A DNA stretch of 32,000 bases from the NCBI RefSeq assembly GCF_000195955.2, contig NC_000962.3:3690001-3722000 (forward strand). Direction: 5' to 3'. The DNA comes from Mycobacterium tuberculosis H37Rv (GTDB taxonomy: Bacteria > Actinomycetota > Actinomycetes > Mycobacteriales > Mycobacteriaceae). The position numbers and the translations under genes were made by a program. The notes beneath the pieces were generated by a model. It saw only the letters and a list, made by a program, of their open reading frames with translations. It had not been told where the DNA came from and did not search any database. Shown here piece after piece: positions 19,715 through 31,050 of this stretch; the stretch's first letter is position 1; the number at the start of each line of letters is the position of its first letter.

Positions 19715-20248
19715 TCAACATCCATCCTCGGTGGAGCCACCATCGCTGGGTTTGACGTCCGCGTCGTGCCGCCGGTAATGACCCGATCGGCCACCGCTTT
19801 TTTCGTCCAATCTGATATCCGTGATCGTCATGGCACGGTCGACTGCTTTGCACATGTCGTAAACCGTGAGCGCTGTCACCGTAACGGCGGTCAACGCCTC
19901 CATCTCCACACCCGTACGTGCCACCGTGGTCACCGTCGCCGCAATCGAGAGCCGGTCCGCGCCCTGCGGCTCGAGCGTGACGGTGACCGCCTCGATCCCC
20001 AGCGGGTGACACAGCGGGATAAGCTCACCGGTCCGTTTGGCCGCCATAATGCCGGCTATCCGTGCGGTCGCTATGACATCGCCCTTTGCCGCGGTGCCGT
20101 GACAGATCATGTCCAGGGTCGACGGTTTCATCAGGACGGCCCCGGATGCCCGCGCTCGCCGCAAGGTCACCGCCTTCGCCGACACATCGACCATTCGGGC
20201 GGCGCCTTGTTCATCAAGGTGGGTAAGCACCCCATCGTGGTCGTTCAC
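19715..20248 (-). CDS. moaC3: Cyclic pyranopterin monophosphate synthase
   Basis: [29 protein letters not shown] (MoaC) motifs; 177 aa from GTG 20248, overlapping the stop of the upstream fragment. Confidence 0.93.
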   Translation of the reverse strand: MNDHDGVLTHLDEQGAARMVDVSAKAVTLRRARASGAVLMKPSTLDMICHGTAAKGDVIATARIAGIMAAKRTGELIPLCHPLGIEAVTVTLEPQGADRLSIAATVTTVARTGVEMEALTAVTVTALTVYDMCKAVDRAMTITDIRLDEKSGGRSGHYRRHDADVKPSDGGSTEDGC

Positions 20249-20381
20249 CGTGCCACCTGCTGGCTGCATTGCTCATCGTGCACTGCGCTGAAAGCCTCGG
20301 CGAGGTCGAAGTCGACGCGAGTCAAACAGTGCATCTGGCGCGTCCAACAAGTCAACCGCACCGACCGCTTGTTATGGACAC
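20245..20381 (-). pseudogene. moaB3: 3' remnant of a pterin-4a-carbinolamine dehydratase-like gene, cut by IS6110
   Basis: Reverse translation ...[44 protein letters not shown] resembles a PCD C-terminus (V.L.T....LT..DF.LA). ORF is open up to the IS6110 boundary at 20381/20382. Confidence 0.7.
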
Positions 20382-20432
20382 TGAACCGCCCCGGCATGTC
20401 CGGAGACTCCAGTTCTTGGAAAGGATGGGGTC

Positions 20433-20759
20433 ATGTCAGGTGGTTCATCGAGGAGGTACCCGCCGGAGCTGCGTGAGCGGGCGGTGCGGATGGTCGCAGA
20501 GATCCGCGGTCAGCACGATTCGGAGTGGGCAGCGATCAGTGAGGTCGCCCGTCTACTTGGTGTTGGCTGCGCGGAGACGGTGCGTAAGTGGGTGCGCCAG
20601 GCGCAGGTCGATGCCGGCGCACGGCCCGGGACCACGACCGAAGAATCCGCTGAGCTGAAGCGCTTGCGGCGGGACAACGCCGAATTGCGAAGGGCGAACG
20701 CGATTTTAAAGACCGCGTCGGCTTTCTTCGCGGCCGAGCTCGACCGGCCAGCACGCTAA
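20433..20759 (+). CDS. IS6110 OrfA
   Basis: 108 aa MSGGSSRRYPPELRERAVRMVAEIRG..., an HTH/IS3 OrfA. Confidence 0.97.
   Translation: MSGGSSRRYPPELRERAVRMVAEIRGQHDSEWAAISEVARLLGVGCAETVRKWVRQAQVDAGARPGTTTEESAELKRLRRDNAELRRANAILKTASAFFAAELDRPAR
20704..20711 (+). promoter_or_regulatory. Programmed -1 frameshift slippery sequence TTTTAAAG in orfA/orfB overlap
   Basis: TTTTAAAG in cgattttaaagaccgcg; expected for IS3-family OrfAB production. Confidence 0.75.
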
Positions 20760-20809
20760 TTACCCGGTTCATCGCCGATCATCAGGGCCACCGCGAGGGC
20801 CCCGATGGT

Positions 20810-21694
20810 TTGCGGTGGGGTGTCGAGTCGATCTGCACACAGCTGACCGAGCTGGGTGTGCCGATCGCCCCATCGACCTACTACGACCACATCAACCGGG
20901 AGCCCAGCCGCCGCGAGCTGCGCGATGGCGAACTCAAGGAGCACATCAGCCGCGTCCACGCCGCCAACTACGGTGTTTACGGTGCCCGCAAAGTGTGGCT
21001 AACCCTGAACCGTGAGGGCATCGAGGTGGCCAGATGCACCGTCGAACGGCTGATGACCAAACTCGGCCTGTCCGGGACCACCCGCGGCAAAGCCCGCAGG
21101 ACCACGATCGCTGATCCGGCCACAGCCCGTCCCGCCGATCTCGTCCAGCGCCGCTTCGGACCACCAGCACCTAACCGGCTGTGGGTAGCAGACCTCACCT
21201 ATGTGTCGACCTGGGCAGGGTTCGCCTACGTGGCCTTTGTCACCGACGCCTACGCTCGCAGGATCCTGGGCTGGCGGGTCGCTTCCACGATGGCCACCTC
21301 CATGGTCCTCGACGCGATCGAGCAAGCCATCTGGACCCGCCAACAAGAAGGCGTACTCGACCTGAAAGACGTTATCCACCATACGGATAGGGGATCTCAG
21401 TACACATCGATCCGGTTCAGCGAGCGGCTCGCCGAGGCAGGCATCCAACCGTCGGTCGGAGCGGTCGGAAGCTCCTATGACAATGCACTAGCCGAGACGA
21501 TCAACGGCCTATACAAGACCGAGCTGATCAAACCCGGCAAGCCCTGGCGGTCCATCGAGGATGTCGAGTTGGCCACCGCGCGCTGGGTCGACTGGTTCAA
21601 CCATCGCCGCCTCTACCAGTACTGCGGCGACGTCCCGCCGGTCGAACTCGAGGCTGCCTACTACGCTCAACGCCAGAGACCAGCCGCCGGCTGA
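20810..21694 (+). CDS. IS6110 OrfB (DDE integrase-type transposase)
   Basis: rve domain: WVADLTYVSTW, HHTDRGSQYTS, YDNALAETINGLYKTEL. In vivo probably expressed as an OrfAB fusion whose frame opens upstream of 20810. Confidence 0.95.
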   Translation: MRWGVESICTQLTELGVPIAPSTYYDHINREPSRRELRDGELKEHISRVHAANYGVYGARKVWLTLNREGIEVARCTVERLMTKLGLSGTTRGKARRTTIADPATARPADLVQRRFGPPAPNRLWVADLTYVSTWAGFAYVAFVTDAYARRILGWRVASTMATSMVLDAIEQAIWTRQQEGVLDLKDVIHHTDRGSQYTSIRFSERLAEAGIQPSVGAVGSSYDNALAETINGLYKTELIKPGKPWRSIEDVELATARWVDWFNHRRLYQYCGDVPPVELEAAYYAQRQRPAAG

Positions 21695-21748
21695 GGTCTC
21701 AGATCAGAGAGTCTCCGGACTCACCGGGGCGGTTCAGAGGCAACCACC

Positions 21749-23461
21749 ATGGTTGTTGTTGGAACCGATGCGCACAAGTACAGCCACACCTTTGTGGCCA
21801 CCGACGAAGTGGGTCGCCAACTCGGTGAGAAGACCGTCAAGGCCACCACGGCCGGGCACGCCACAGCCATCATGTGGGCCCGTGAACAGTTCGGCCTCGA
21901 GCTGATCTGGGGCATCGAGGACTGCCGCAACATGTCGGCGCGTCTGGAGCGTGACCTACTGGCGGCCGGCCAGCAGGTGGTGCGGGTACCCACCAAGCTG
22001 ATGGCCCAGACCCGCAAGTCGGCGCGCAGTCGGGGCAAGTCGGATCCGATCGATGCGCTGGCGGTGGCGCGGGCGGTGCTGCGTGAAACCGACCTACCCC
22101 TGGCCACCCACGACGAGACGTCGCGGGAGTTGAAGTTGTTGACTGACCGTCGAGATGTCCTTGTGGCCCAACGCACGTCGGCGATCAACCGGTTGCGCTG
22201 GCTCGTCCATGAACTCGATCCCGAGCGGGCACCGGCAGCACGCTCGCTCGATGCCGCCAAGCACCAGCAGGCCCTGCGGACCTGGCTGGACACCCAGCCA
22301 GGATTGGTCGCCGAACTCGCGCGCGCCGAGCTGACCGACATCATCCGGCTCACCGGCGAGATCAACACCCTAGCCCAGCGCATCAGCGCCCGAGTCCACC
22401 AGGTCGCCCCCGCACTGCTGGAAATCCCTGGCTGCGCGGAGCTGACTGCAGCCAAAATCGTCGGCGAAGCCGCCGGAGTGACCCGGTTCAAAAGCGAAGC
22501 CGCCTTCGCCTGCCATGCCGCAGTGGCTCCCATCCCGGTGTGGTCGGGCAACACCGCCGGCCAGATGCGGCTCAGCCGCTCGGGCAACCGCCAGCTCAAC
22601 GCCGCCCTACACCGCATCGCACTGACCCAAATCCGGATGACCGACAGCCGGGGCCAGGCCTACTACCAAAGGCTGCAAGACGCCGGGAAAACCAAACGCG
22701 CAGCACTACGCTGCCTCAAACGCCGCCTAGCCCGCACCGTCTTCCAGGCCCTGCGCACCGTCCACCAGCCCAGCTCCGAACACACCCAACCCGCGGCCGC
22801 TTGCCATAGGAGCTATTGCTCGTCACACCTCGGCGAGCCACCTCGTCTAACGGATATGACACAGAAAACCCGCATCCAGCCCCTACCTCCCAAGCGAGCC
22901 GGCCTGTTGATCCGCGCACTGTATCGGATCGCCAAGCGGCGCTTCGGCGAAGTTCCCGAGCCGTTCACGGTCACCGCACATCATCGGCGGCTGCTGATCG
23001 CCAATGTGGTGCACGAAGCCCTGCTGCAGCGAGCGTCGCGGAAGCTACCGCCCAGCGTCCGTGAGCTGGCGGTGTTTTGGACCGCCCGCAGCATCGGCTG
23101 CTCGTGGTGCGTGGACTTCGGAGCCATGCTGCAGCGCCTGGACGGGCTGGACGTGGACAGGCTCACGGACATCGACAATTACGCCACCTCATCGAAATTC
23201 AGCGACGACGAACGCGCCGCCATCGCCTACGCCGAGGCGATGACCGCAGACCCGCATTCGGTGACCGACGAGCAGGTGGCCGACCTGCGGGCCCGCTTCG
23301 GCGAGGCCGGCGTGATCGAGCTGACTTACCAGATCGGCGTGGAGAACATGCGAGCCCGGATGAATTCGGCGCTGGGCATCACCGAGCAAGGCTTCAATTC
23401 CGGTGATGCCTGCCGCGTCCCGTGGGCTGCGCCCGACGTTCCTTCAGCGGAGAGCCGGTGA
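21749..23461 (+). CDS. Fusion ORF: IS1547-type (IS110/IS900 family) transposase joined to a carboxymuconolactone decarboxylase/AhpD-like domain (Rv3327)
   Basis: 570 aa. N-terminus MVVVGTDAHKYSHTFVATDEVGR...KSDPIDALAVARAVL and PGCAELTAAKIVGE (IS110 family). C-terminus from MTQKTRIQPLPPKRAG (ATG 22856) contains GCSWCVDFGAML, as in CMD/AhpD-like proteins. Confidence 0.85.
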   Translation: MVVVGTDAHKYSHTFVATDEVGRQLGEKTVKATTAGHATAIMWAREQFGLELIWGIEDCRNMSARLERDLLAAGQQVVRVPTKLMAQTRKSARSRGKSDPIDALAVARAVLRETDLPLATHDETSRELKLLTDRRDVLVAQRTSAINRLRWLVHELDPERAPAARSLDAAKHQQALRTWLDTQPGLVAELARAELTDIIRLTGEINTLAQRISARVHQVAPALLEIPGCAELTAAKIVGEAAGVTRFKSEAAFACHAAVAPIPVWSGNTAGQMRLSRSGNRQLNAALHRIALTQIRMTDSRGQAYYQRLQDAGKTKRAALRCLKRRLARTVFQALRTVHQPSSEHTQPAAACHRSYCSSHLGEPPRLTDMTQKTRIQPLPPKRAGLLIRALYRIAKRRFGEVPEPFTVTAHHRRLLIANVVHEALLQRASRKLPPSVRELAVFWTARSIGCSWCVDFGAMLQRLDGLDVDRLTDIDNYATSSKFSDDERAAIAYAEAMTADPHSVTDEQVADLRARFGEAGVIELTYQIGVENMRARMNSALGITEQGFNSGDACRVPWAAPDVPSAESR

Positions 23462-24332
23462 ACTTGTCGGGATTGGCGATATCCCACAGCGCGCACACCT
23501 TTCCGTCGCGCACGGTTATCGCGGTGATCCGCGGCGCCATCGCCCGATACCCGTCGACCCCGGGTAAGCCCGCCGTGTAGGCGCCGAGCTCTCCGTTGAC
23601 CAGCGCCAGCTGATTCGCGCCGAAGAGCCCCGGGCCGTAACGCTGGACCAGCCCGAGTATGAACCGGACCACCTTGTCGGATCCGCGGACGGCCCGTACC
23701 GCTGTGGGCGCCTTGCCATTCGAATCGCCGGTAAACGTCACGTCGGGATGCAGCAGCGACACCACCGTGTCCAGGTCACCAGCGGCCATGGCGGCCATCA
23801 GCCGGCCGACCACCTCGTTGTGGGCCGGATCCGGATCCCCCGATATCAGGGCGGGCTGCGCCGTGACGGCCTTGCGGGCCCGCGACGCCAGCTGGCGCGC
23901 GGCGGCCTCGCTGGTTCCCAGCACCTCGGCCACTTCGGCAAACGGCACGGCGAACCCGTCGTGCAGCACGAACGCGACCCGCTGATCGGGGCGCAGCCGC
24001 TCCAGCACCACCATGGCCGCGAACCTGGCGTCCTCGGCGGCCACCACGGCGGCCAACGGATCGGTCGCGTCCAAGCCGGTGACCACCGGTTCGGGCAGCC
24101 AGGTGCCGGTGTAGGTCTCCCGCCGGTGCGCCGCCGACCTCAACTTGTCCAGACCCAGCCGGCTCACCACGGTGGTCAGCCAGGCCCGCGGGTCGGCGAT
24201 CACGGTGTCCGGTGAGTCCCAGCGCAGCCAGGCCTCCTGCACGATGTCCTCAGCATCGGCGACCGTGCCGGTCAGCCTGTAGGCGACCGACATGAGATGC
24301 TGTCGCAGTGCCTCGAATTCGGAAACCTCCAT
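23394..24332 (-). CDS. sigJ: ECF sigma factor SigJ (with C-terminal SnoaL-like domain)
   Basis: MEVSEFEALRQHLMSVAYRLTGTVADAEDIVQEAWLRW... region 2/4 motifs plus an additional C-terminal domain. Confidence 0.94.
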   Translation of the reverse strand: MEVSEFEALRQHLMSVAYRLTGTVADAEDIVQEAWLRWDSPDTVIADPRAWLTTVVSRLGLDKLRSAAHRRETYTGTWLPEPVVTGLDATDPLAAVVAAEDARFAAMVVLERLRPDQRVAFVLHDGFAVPFAEVAEVLGTSEAAARQLASRARKAVTAQPALISGDPDPAHNEVVGRLMAAMAAGDLDTVVSLLHPDVTFTGDSNGKAPTAVRAVRGSDKVVRFILGLVQRYGPGLFGANQLALVNGELGAYTAGLPGVDGYRAMAPRITAITVRDGKVCALWDIANPDKFTGSPLKERRAQPTGRGRHHRN

Positions 24333-24391
24333 CGAGGTCATTGCCCGAGCCTAGCGCTGCGCTCGCCAACACGACGACACGAAACCTTTGG

Positions 24392-26994
<2,603 letters not shown>

Positions 26995-27089
26995 CTGCTT
27001 ACCCCGATACCTTCGGCGTCGTTTGCGGGCGGGCATCCTAGCCGGCCTTGGTCGGCACCGAAATCGGGGCTTGACCAGCGGTTGACCGC

Positions 27090-28598
27090 GTGACGACGCT
27101 GTGGCAGCCTCATCGAAATGACTACAGCCCTATACCAGGACGCGGGGTTCACGCCCGCCGGGGCGCCCGACGACCCCGACCGCGTGGTGGACGTGCTGAG
27201 CGCCCCGGTACCGGTCAACTGACCAGATCGGGGCGCCGGGCGCTCCTCGTCGGGCTCACCGCCGCCAGCGTCGGCGTCCTCTACGGGTACGACCTTTCCG
27301 CCATCGCGGGTGCGTTGCTGTCTCTCAGCGAGGAATTCGAACTCACCACTCGAGAACAGGAGTTGCTGACCACCACGGCGGTGCTCGGCCAGATCGCCGG
27401 GGCGCTTGGCGGCGGCATCCTCGCCAACGCGATCGGACGCAAGAAATCGGTGGTGCTCATCGTCGCCGGCTACGCAGTGTTCGCCCTGCTCGGCGCGACC
27501 TCGGTGTCCGTACCGATGCTGGTGGTGGCGCGTCTGCTGCTGGGTGTGACAATCGGCCTGTCGGTGGTGGTGGTGCCGGTGTATGTGGCCGAGTCGGCGC
27601 CGGCGGCGGTGCGTGGGTCGTTGGTGACCGCGTATCAGCTGGCGACGCTTAGCGGCATCGTCGTCGGTTACCTGGTCGGCTACCTGTTGGCCGGATCGCA
27701 CGGCTGGCGCGCGATGTTCGGGCTGGCCGCCGCGCCGGCCACGCTGCTGTTGCCGTTGTTGTGGCGCATGCCCGATACCGCCCGCTGGTATCTGCTCAAG
27801 GGCCGGATCGCCGACGCGCGTAGCGCGCTGCGGCGGATCCAGCCGGAGGCCGACATCGATGCCGAGCTGGCCGATATGGCGGCCGCGGTCGACGAACGCG
27901 GCGGCGGTATCGGCGAAATGGTGCGGCGGCCGTATCTGCGGGCCACGCTGTTCGTCATCGCGCTCGGCTTCCTCGTCCAGATCACCGGGATCAACGCGAT
28001 CATCTACTACAGTCCGCGACTTTTCGCCGCCATGGGCTTCGCGGGCTATTTCGCGATGCTTGCCCTGCCCGCGATGGTGCAAGTCGCCGGCTTGGCGGCG
28101 GTGTGTGCCTCGCTGTTTCTGGTCGATCGGCTGGGCCGTCGCCCGATCCTGTTGTCCGGCATCGCGACGATGATCACCGCAGATGCCGTGCTGATCACCG
28201 TATTCGCCAACGACTCCGATGGTGGCACGGGGCTGGTGTTGGGGTTCGCCGGCGTGCTGCTGTTCATCATCGGGTTCAACTTCGGATTCGGCTCGCTGGT
28301 CTGGGTGTACGCCGCGGAGAGCTTCCCGTCCCGGCTGCGGTCGATGGGATCGAGCCCGATGCTCACCTCGACACTGACGGCCAACGCGATCGTTGCCGCC
28401 TTCTCGCTCACCATGCTGCGTGTGCTCGGCGGCGCAGGCGTTTTCGCGGTCTTCGGCACGTTCGCCGTCGTCGCGTTCGTGGTCGTGTACCGCTTTGCGC
28501 CGGAGACCAAGGGCCGCAAACTCGAGGAGATCCGGCACTTCTGGGAGAACGGCGGCCGCTGGCCCGCCGAGCGGTCACCGGCGGCGGACGAACCGTGA
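27090..28598 (+). CDS. sugI: MFS sugar transporter; N-terminal ~44 codons doubtful (see findings)
   Basis: 12-TM MFS sugar porter with VSVLYGYDLSAIAGALL-like TM1, GRKKSVV, RLLLGVTIGLSVVVVPVYVAESAPAAVRG and PETKGRKLEEI. Confidence 0.9.
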   Translation: MTTLWQPHRNDYSPIPGRGVHARRGARRPRPRGGRAERPGTGQLTRSGRRALLVGLTAASVGVLYGYDLSAIAGALLSLSEEFELTTREQELLTTTAVLGQIAGALGGGILANAIGRKKSVVLIVAGYAVFALLGATSVSVPMLVVARLLLGVTIGLSVVVVPVYVAESAPAAVRGSLVTAYQLATLSGIVVGYLVGYLLAGSHGWRAMFGLAAAPATLLLPLLWRMPDTARWYLLKGRIADARSALRRIQPEADIDAELADMAAAVDERGGGIGEMVRRPYLRATLFVIALGFLVQITGINAIIYYSPRLFAAMGFAGYFAMLALPAMVQVAGLAAVCASLFLVDRLGRRPILLSGIATMITADAVLITVFANDSDGGTGLVLGFAGVLLFIIGFNFGFGSLVWVYAAESFPSRLRSMGSSPMLTSTLTANAIVAAFSLTMLRVLGGAGVFAVFGTFAVVAFVVVYRFAPETKGRKLEEIRHFWENGGRWPAERSPAADEP

Positions 28599-29746
28599 CC
28601 GTGCTCGGCGCCGACGCCGTCGTCATCGACGGCCGGATATGCCGGCCAGGGTGGGTGCACACCGCCGATGGTCGGATTCTCTCCGGTGGCGCTGGGGCAC
28701 CGCCCATGCCGGCCGACGCGGAATTCCCCGATGCGATCGTGGTGCCCGGCTTTGTCGATATGCATGTGCACGGCGGGGGCGGCGCGTCGTTCGCCGACGG
28801 CAACGCCGCAGACATCGCCCGTGCGGCCGAGTTTCACCTGCGGCACGGCACCACTACCACGCTGGCCAGTCTGGTCACCGCGGGCCCCGCCGAGTTGCTC
28901 TCCGCCGTGGGCGCTTTGGCCGAGGCAACTCGGGACGGCGTCGTCGCGGGCATCCATCTGGAGGGGCCGTGGCTGAGCCCAGCGCGGTGCGGAGCGCACG
29001 ACCACACCCGGATGCGTGCCCCGGATCCCGCCGAGATCGAGTCGGTGCTCGCCGCCGCCGACGGCGCCGTCCGGATGGTCACGTTGGCACCCGAGTTGCC
29101 CGGAAGCGATGCGGCGATCCGGCGCTTCCGTGACGCCGAAGTGGTTGTCGCCGTGGGGCATACGGATGCGACCTACACACAGACCCGACACGCCATCGAC
29201 CTGGGCGCGACAGTCGGCACCCACCTGTTCAACGCGATGCCGCCGCTGGACCATCGGGCGCCCGGACCCGTGCTGGCGTTGCTGTGCGACCCGCGGGTGA
29301 CCGTCGAAATCATCGCCGACGGCGTGCACGTGCACCCCGCGGTGGTGCACGCGGTGATCGAAGCCGTCGGTCCCGATCGGGTCGCCGTGGTCACCGACGC
29401 GATCGCCGCGGCCGGATGCGGCGATGGCGCGTTCCGGCTCGGCACAATGCCGATCGAGGTCGAGTCGAGCGTGGCACGGGTGGCTGGTGCGTCGACGCTG
29501 GCGGGCAGCACCACCACCATGGATCAGCTCTTCCGGACGGTGGCTGGGCTCGGCTCGAAGTCGGACTCAGCCGGCGATGTGGCGCTGGCCGCCGCGGTGC
29601 AGGTGACCTCGGCGACGCCGGCCCGCGCTCTCGGGCTCACCGGGGTGGGCCGGCTGGCGGCGGGCTATGCCGCCAATCTTGTTGTGCTGGACCGTGATCT
29701 GCGGGTGACGGCCGTCATGGTCAACGATGACTGGCGGGTGGGCTGA
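28595..29746 (+). CDS. nagA: N-acetylglucosamine-6-phosphate deacetylase
   Basis: 383 aa from GTG 28595, overlapping the sugI stop. Contains VVPGFVDMHVHGGGG, GIHLEGPWLSPARCGAHD and VTDAIAAAG. Confidence 0.94.
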   Translation: MTVLGADAVVIDGRICRPGWVHTADGRILSGGAGAPPMPADAEFPDAIVVPGFVDMHVHGGGGASFADGNAADIARAAEFHLRHGTTTTLASLVTAGPAELLSAVGALAEATRDGVVAGIHLEGPWLSPARCGAHDHTRMRAPDPAEIESVLAAADGAVRMVTLAPELPGSDAAIRRFRDAEVVVAVGHTDATYTQTRHAIDLGATVGTHLFNAMPPLDHRAPGPVLALLCDPRVTVEIIADGVHVHPAVVHAVIEAVGPDRVAVVTDAIAAAGCGDGAFRLGTMPIEVESSVARVAGASTLAGSTTTMDQLFRTVAGLGSKSDSAGDVALAAAVQVTSATPARALGLTGVGRLAAGYAANLVVLDRDLRVTAVMVNDDWRVG

Positions 29747-29936
29747 GCGTCCGTGGAGGCCCGTCACAATGCCCAGGCTCGCACCGTGAGTACTCGGTCA
29801 ACGTTGACGGTTGCCCCGGCGACCCGGTCACTCTGGCGAGGGCTACCGGCGCCGCGCGGCTTGTACCGCAATCATCCGATCGCCGCGAAGCGCTCGGCAG
29901 CCGGCTTGGGCGGTAGCCGACGACACGGGTACGGTC

Positions 29937-30782
29937 TCACGGCGCGAGCCTGATAAAGCCCGGCGGCATGGGTCGTGCAGGCGACGGCTCTACCGGTCCG
30001 TCACCACCGCCGCCACCACCGCTGCCGGCGCCGCCACTGCCGGCAGCGCCCCCGGACTGCGGAACACCAGCAGGCGGCTCAACCTCTGGCGGCGGGGGCG
30101 GCGGCTGTTGCGGCGGCGCTGGTCGCGGTGGCGGCGGTGCCACGATCGGCGGGGGTGGAATCAGGGTCTGCGCCGCCGGCGGCGGTACCGGAATCGGCGG
30201 CGGATTCGGTATCAGGGGATCCCCCGCGCGAACCGCTCCGAGCACCGAGGCAAGCATCGCACCCGTCGGTTCCCGCCATCCCGGCGACATGATGGTCATG
30301 TCCGACACCGACGCCCGCAGGTCGCTTCCCGAGTTGACCGCGCTGCGCGTGGACGCCGCAACGCGATGCGTCGGTTCATTCGATCCCGGCTCGAAATTGG
30401 CCATGGCGAACGCCATCTTGCTGTGATGGTTCGGGCAGTAGATCTCCACTGCCGCACTGATAAATCGGGTCATGGTCGTCGTGAGGCGGACAGGGTAGAG
30501 GCGCATGACCGGGTCTATGTTGTAGGCATCGTTGCGTAACCCGTCCACAATGTCGTTCACCGGCATGCCGCCATCGAGTTTGCGACACACTTTGTGGGCC
30601 GCGTCGATGACGCGAGGCACATTCGCGACGGCGGGGATTTCCTTTTTCTCGAGCAGCGCCAGAAACCGATCGTCTTGGTTTGGGTCGGCCGCTGCTGGGC
30701 CGTCGTGCAGAATTGCGGCGCCGATCAGCACCACTAAGGCGGCACCCAGGGCGCCGGCATGGCTAGCGATGCCGGTGAACAT
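29937..30782 (-). CDS. Secreted Pro/Gly-rich hypothetical protein (Rv3333c), DUF732-like N-terminal region
   Basis: 281 aa; signal-like MFTGIASHAGALGAALVVLIGAAILHDGPAAADPNQDDRFLALLEKKEIP then a long PPPP/GGGG C-terminal tail. Confidence 0.82.
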   Translation of the reverse strand: MFTGIASHAGALGAALVVLIGAAILHDGPAAADPNQDDRFLALLEKKEIPAVANVPRVIDAAHKVCRKLDGGMPVNDIVDGLRNDAYNIDPVMRLYPVRLTTTMTRFISAAVEIYCPNHHSKMAFAMANFEPGSNEPTHRVAASTRSAVNSGSDLRASVSDMTIMSPGWREPTGAMLASVLGAVRAGDPLIPNPPPIPVPPPAAQTLIPPPPIVAPPPPRPAPPQQPPPPPPEVEPPAGVPQSGGAAGSGGAGSGGGGGGDGPVEPSPARPMPPGFIRLAP

Positions 30783-31050
30783 GATGGGGTTTCCGTTCTG
30801 CTAAAAGCCGTTACCTGGCGGGCTTTGGATCGCGATCCACGCCATAGGTGTGGCTGTCTGGTCAGGTTTGACCGGCGCCATGATGTCGTTTCACAGCGCC
30901 GATGCAGTCTGGGAGGGGACCAGGGCATGGGTGCATTGAGGAGCCAGATCCAGAGAACCACACCGGAGCCGCTGGCCGAGGCTCATCCACAAGCCTTCGA
31001 TCCCGCTCCCGTTGTCGGCATGGGCGCCTGCCGACGGAATCAGCGGATGG

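Larger units (their letters stand above)
20382..21736 (+). mobile_element. IS6110 (IS3 family), complete 1355 bp
   Basis: 28-bp imperfect terminal inverted repeats tgaaccgccccggcatgtccggagactc (20382-20409) and gagtctccggactcaccggggcggttca (21709-21736), 3 mismatches. Length exactly 1355 bp. Confidence 0.98.

Noticed and set aside
28103-28594. N-terminal extension of the nagA frame inside sugI
   Set aside because: Arg-rich out-of-frame translation of sugI; the NagA homology begins near GTG 28595.
28046-29350. 434-aa antisense ORF spanning sugI and nagA
   Set aside because: Crosses two solid sense genes and shows no recognisable motif; regarded as a GC-driven artefact.
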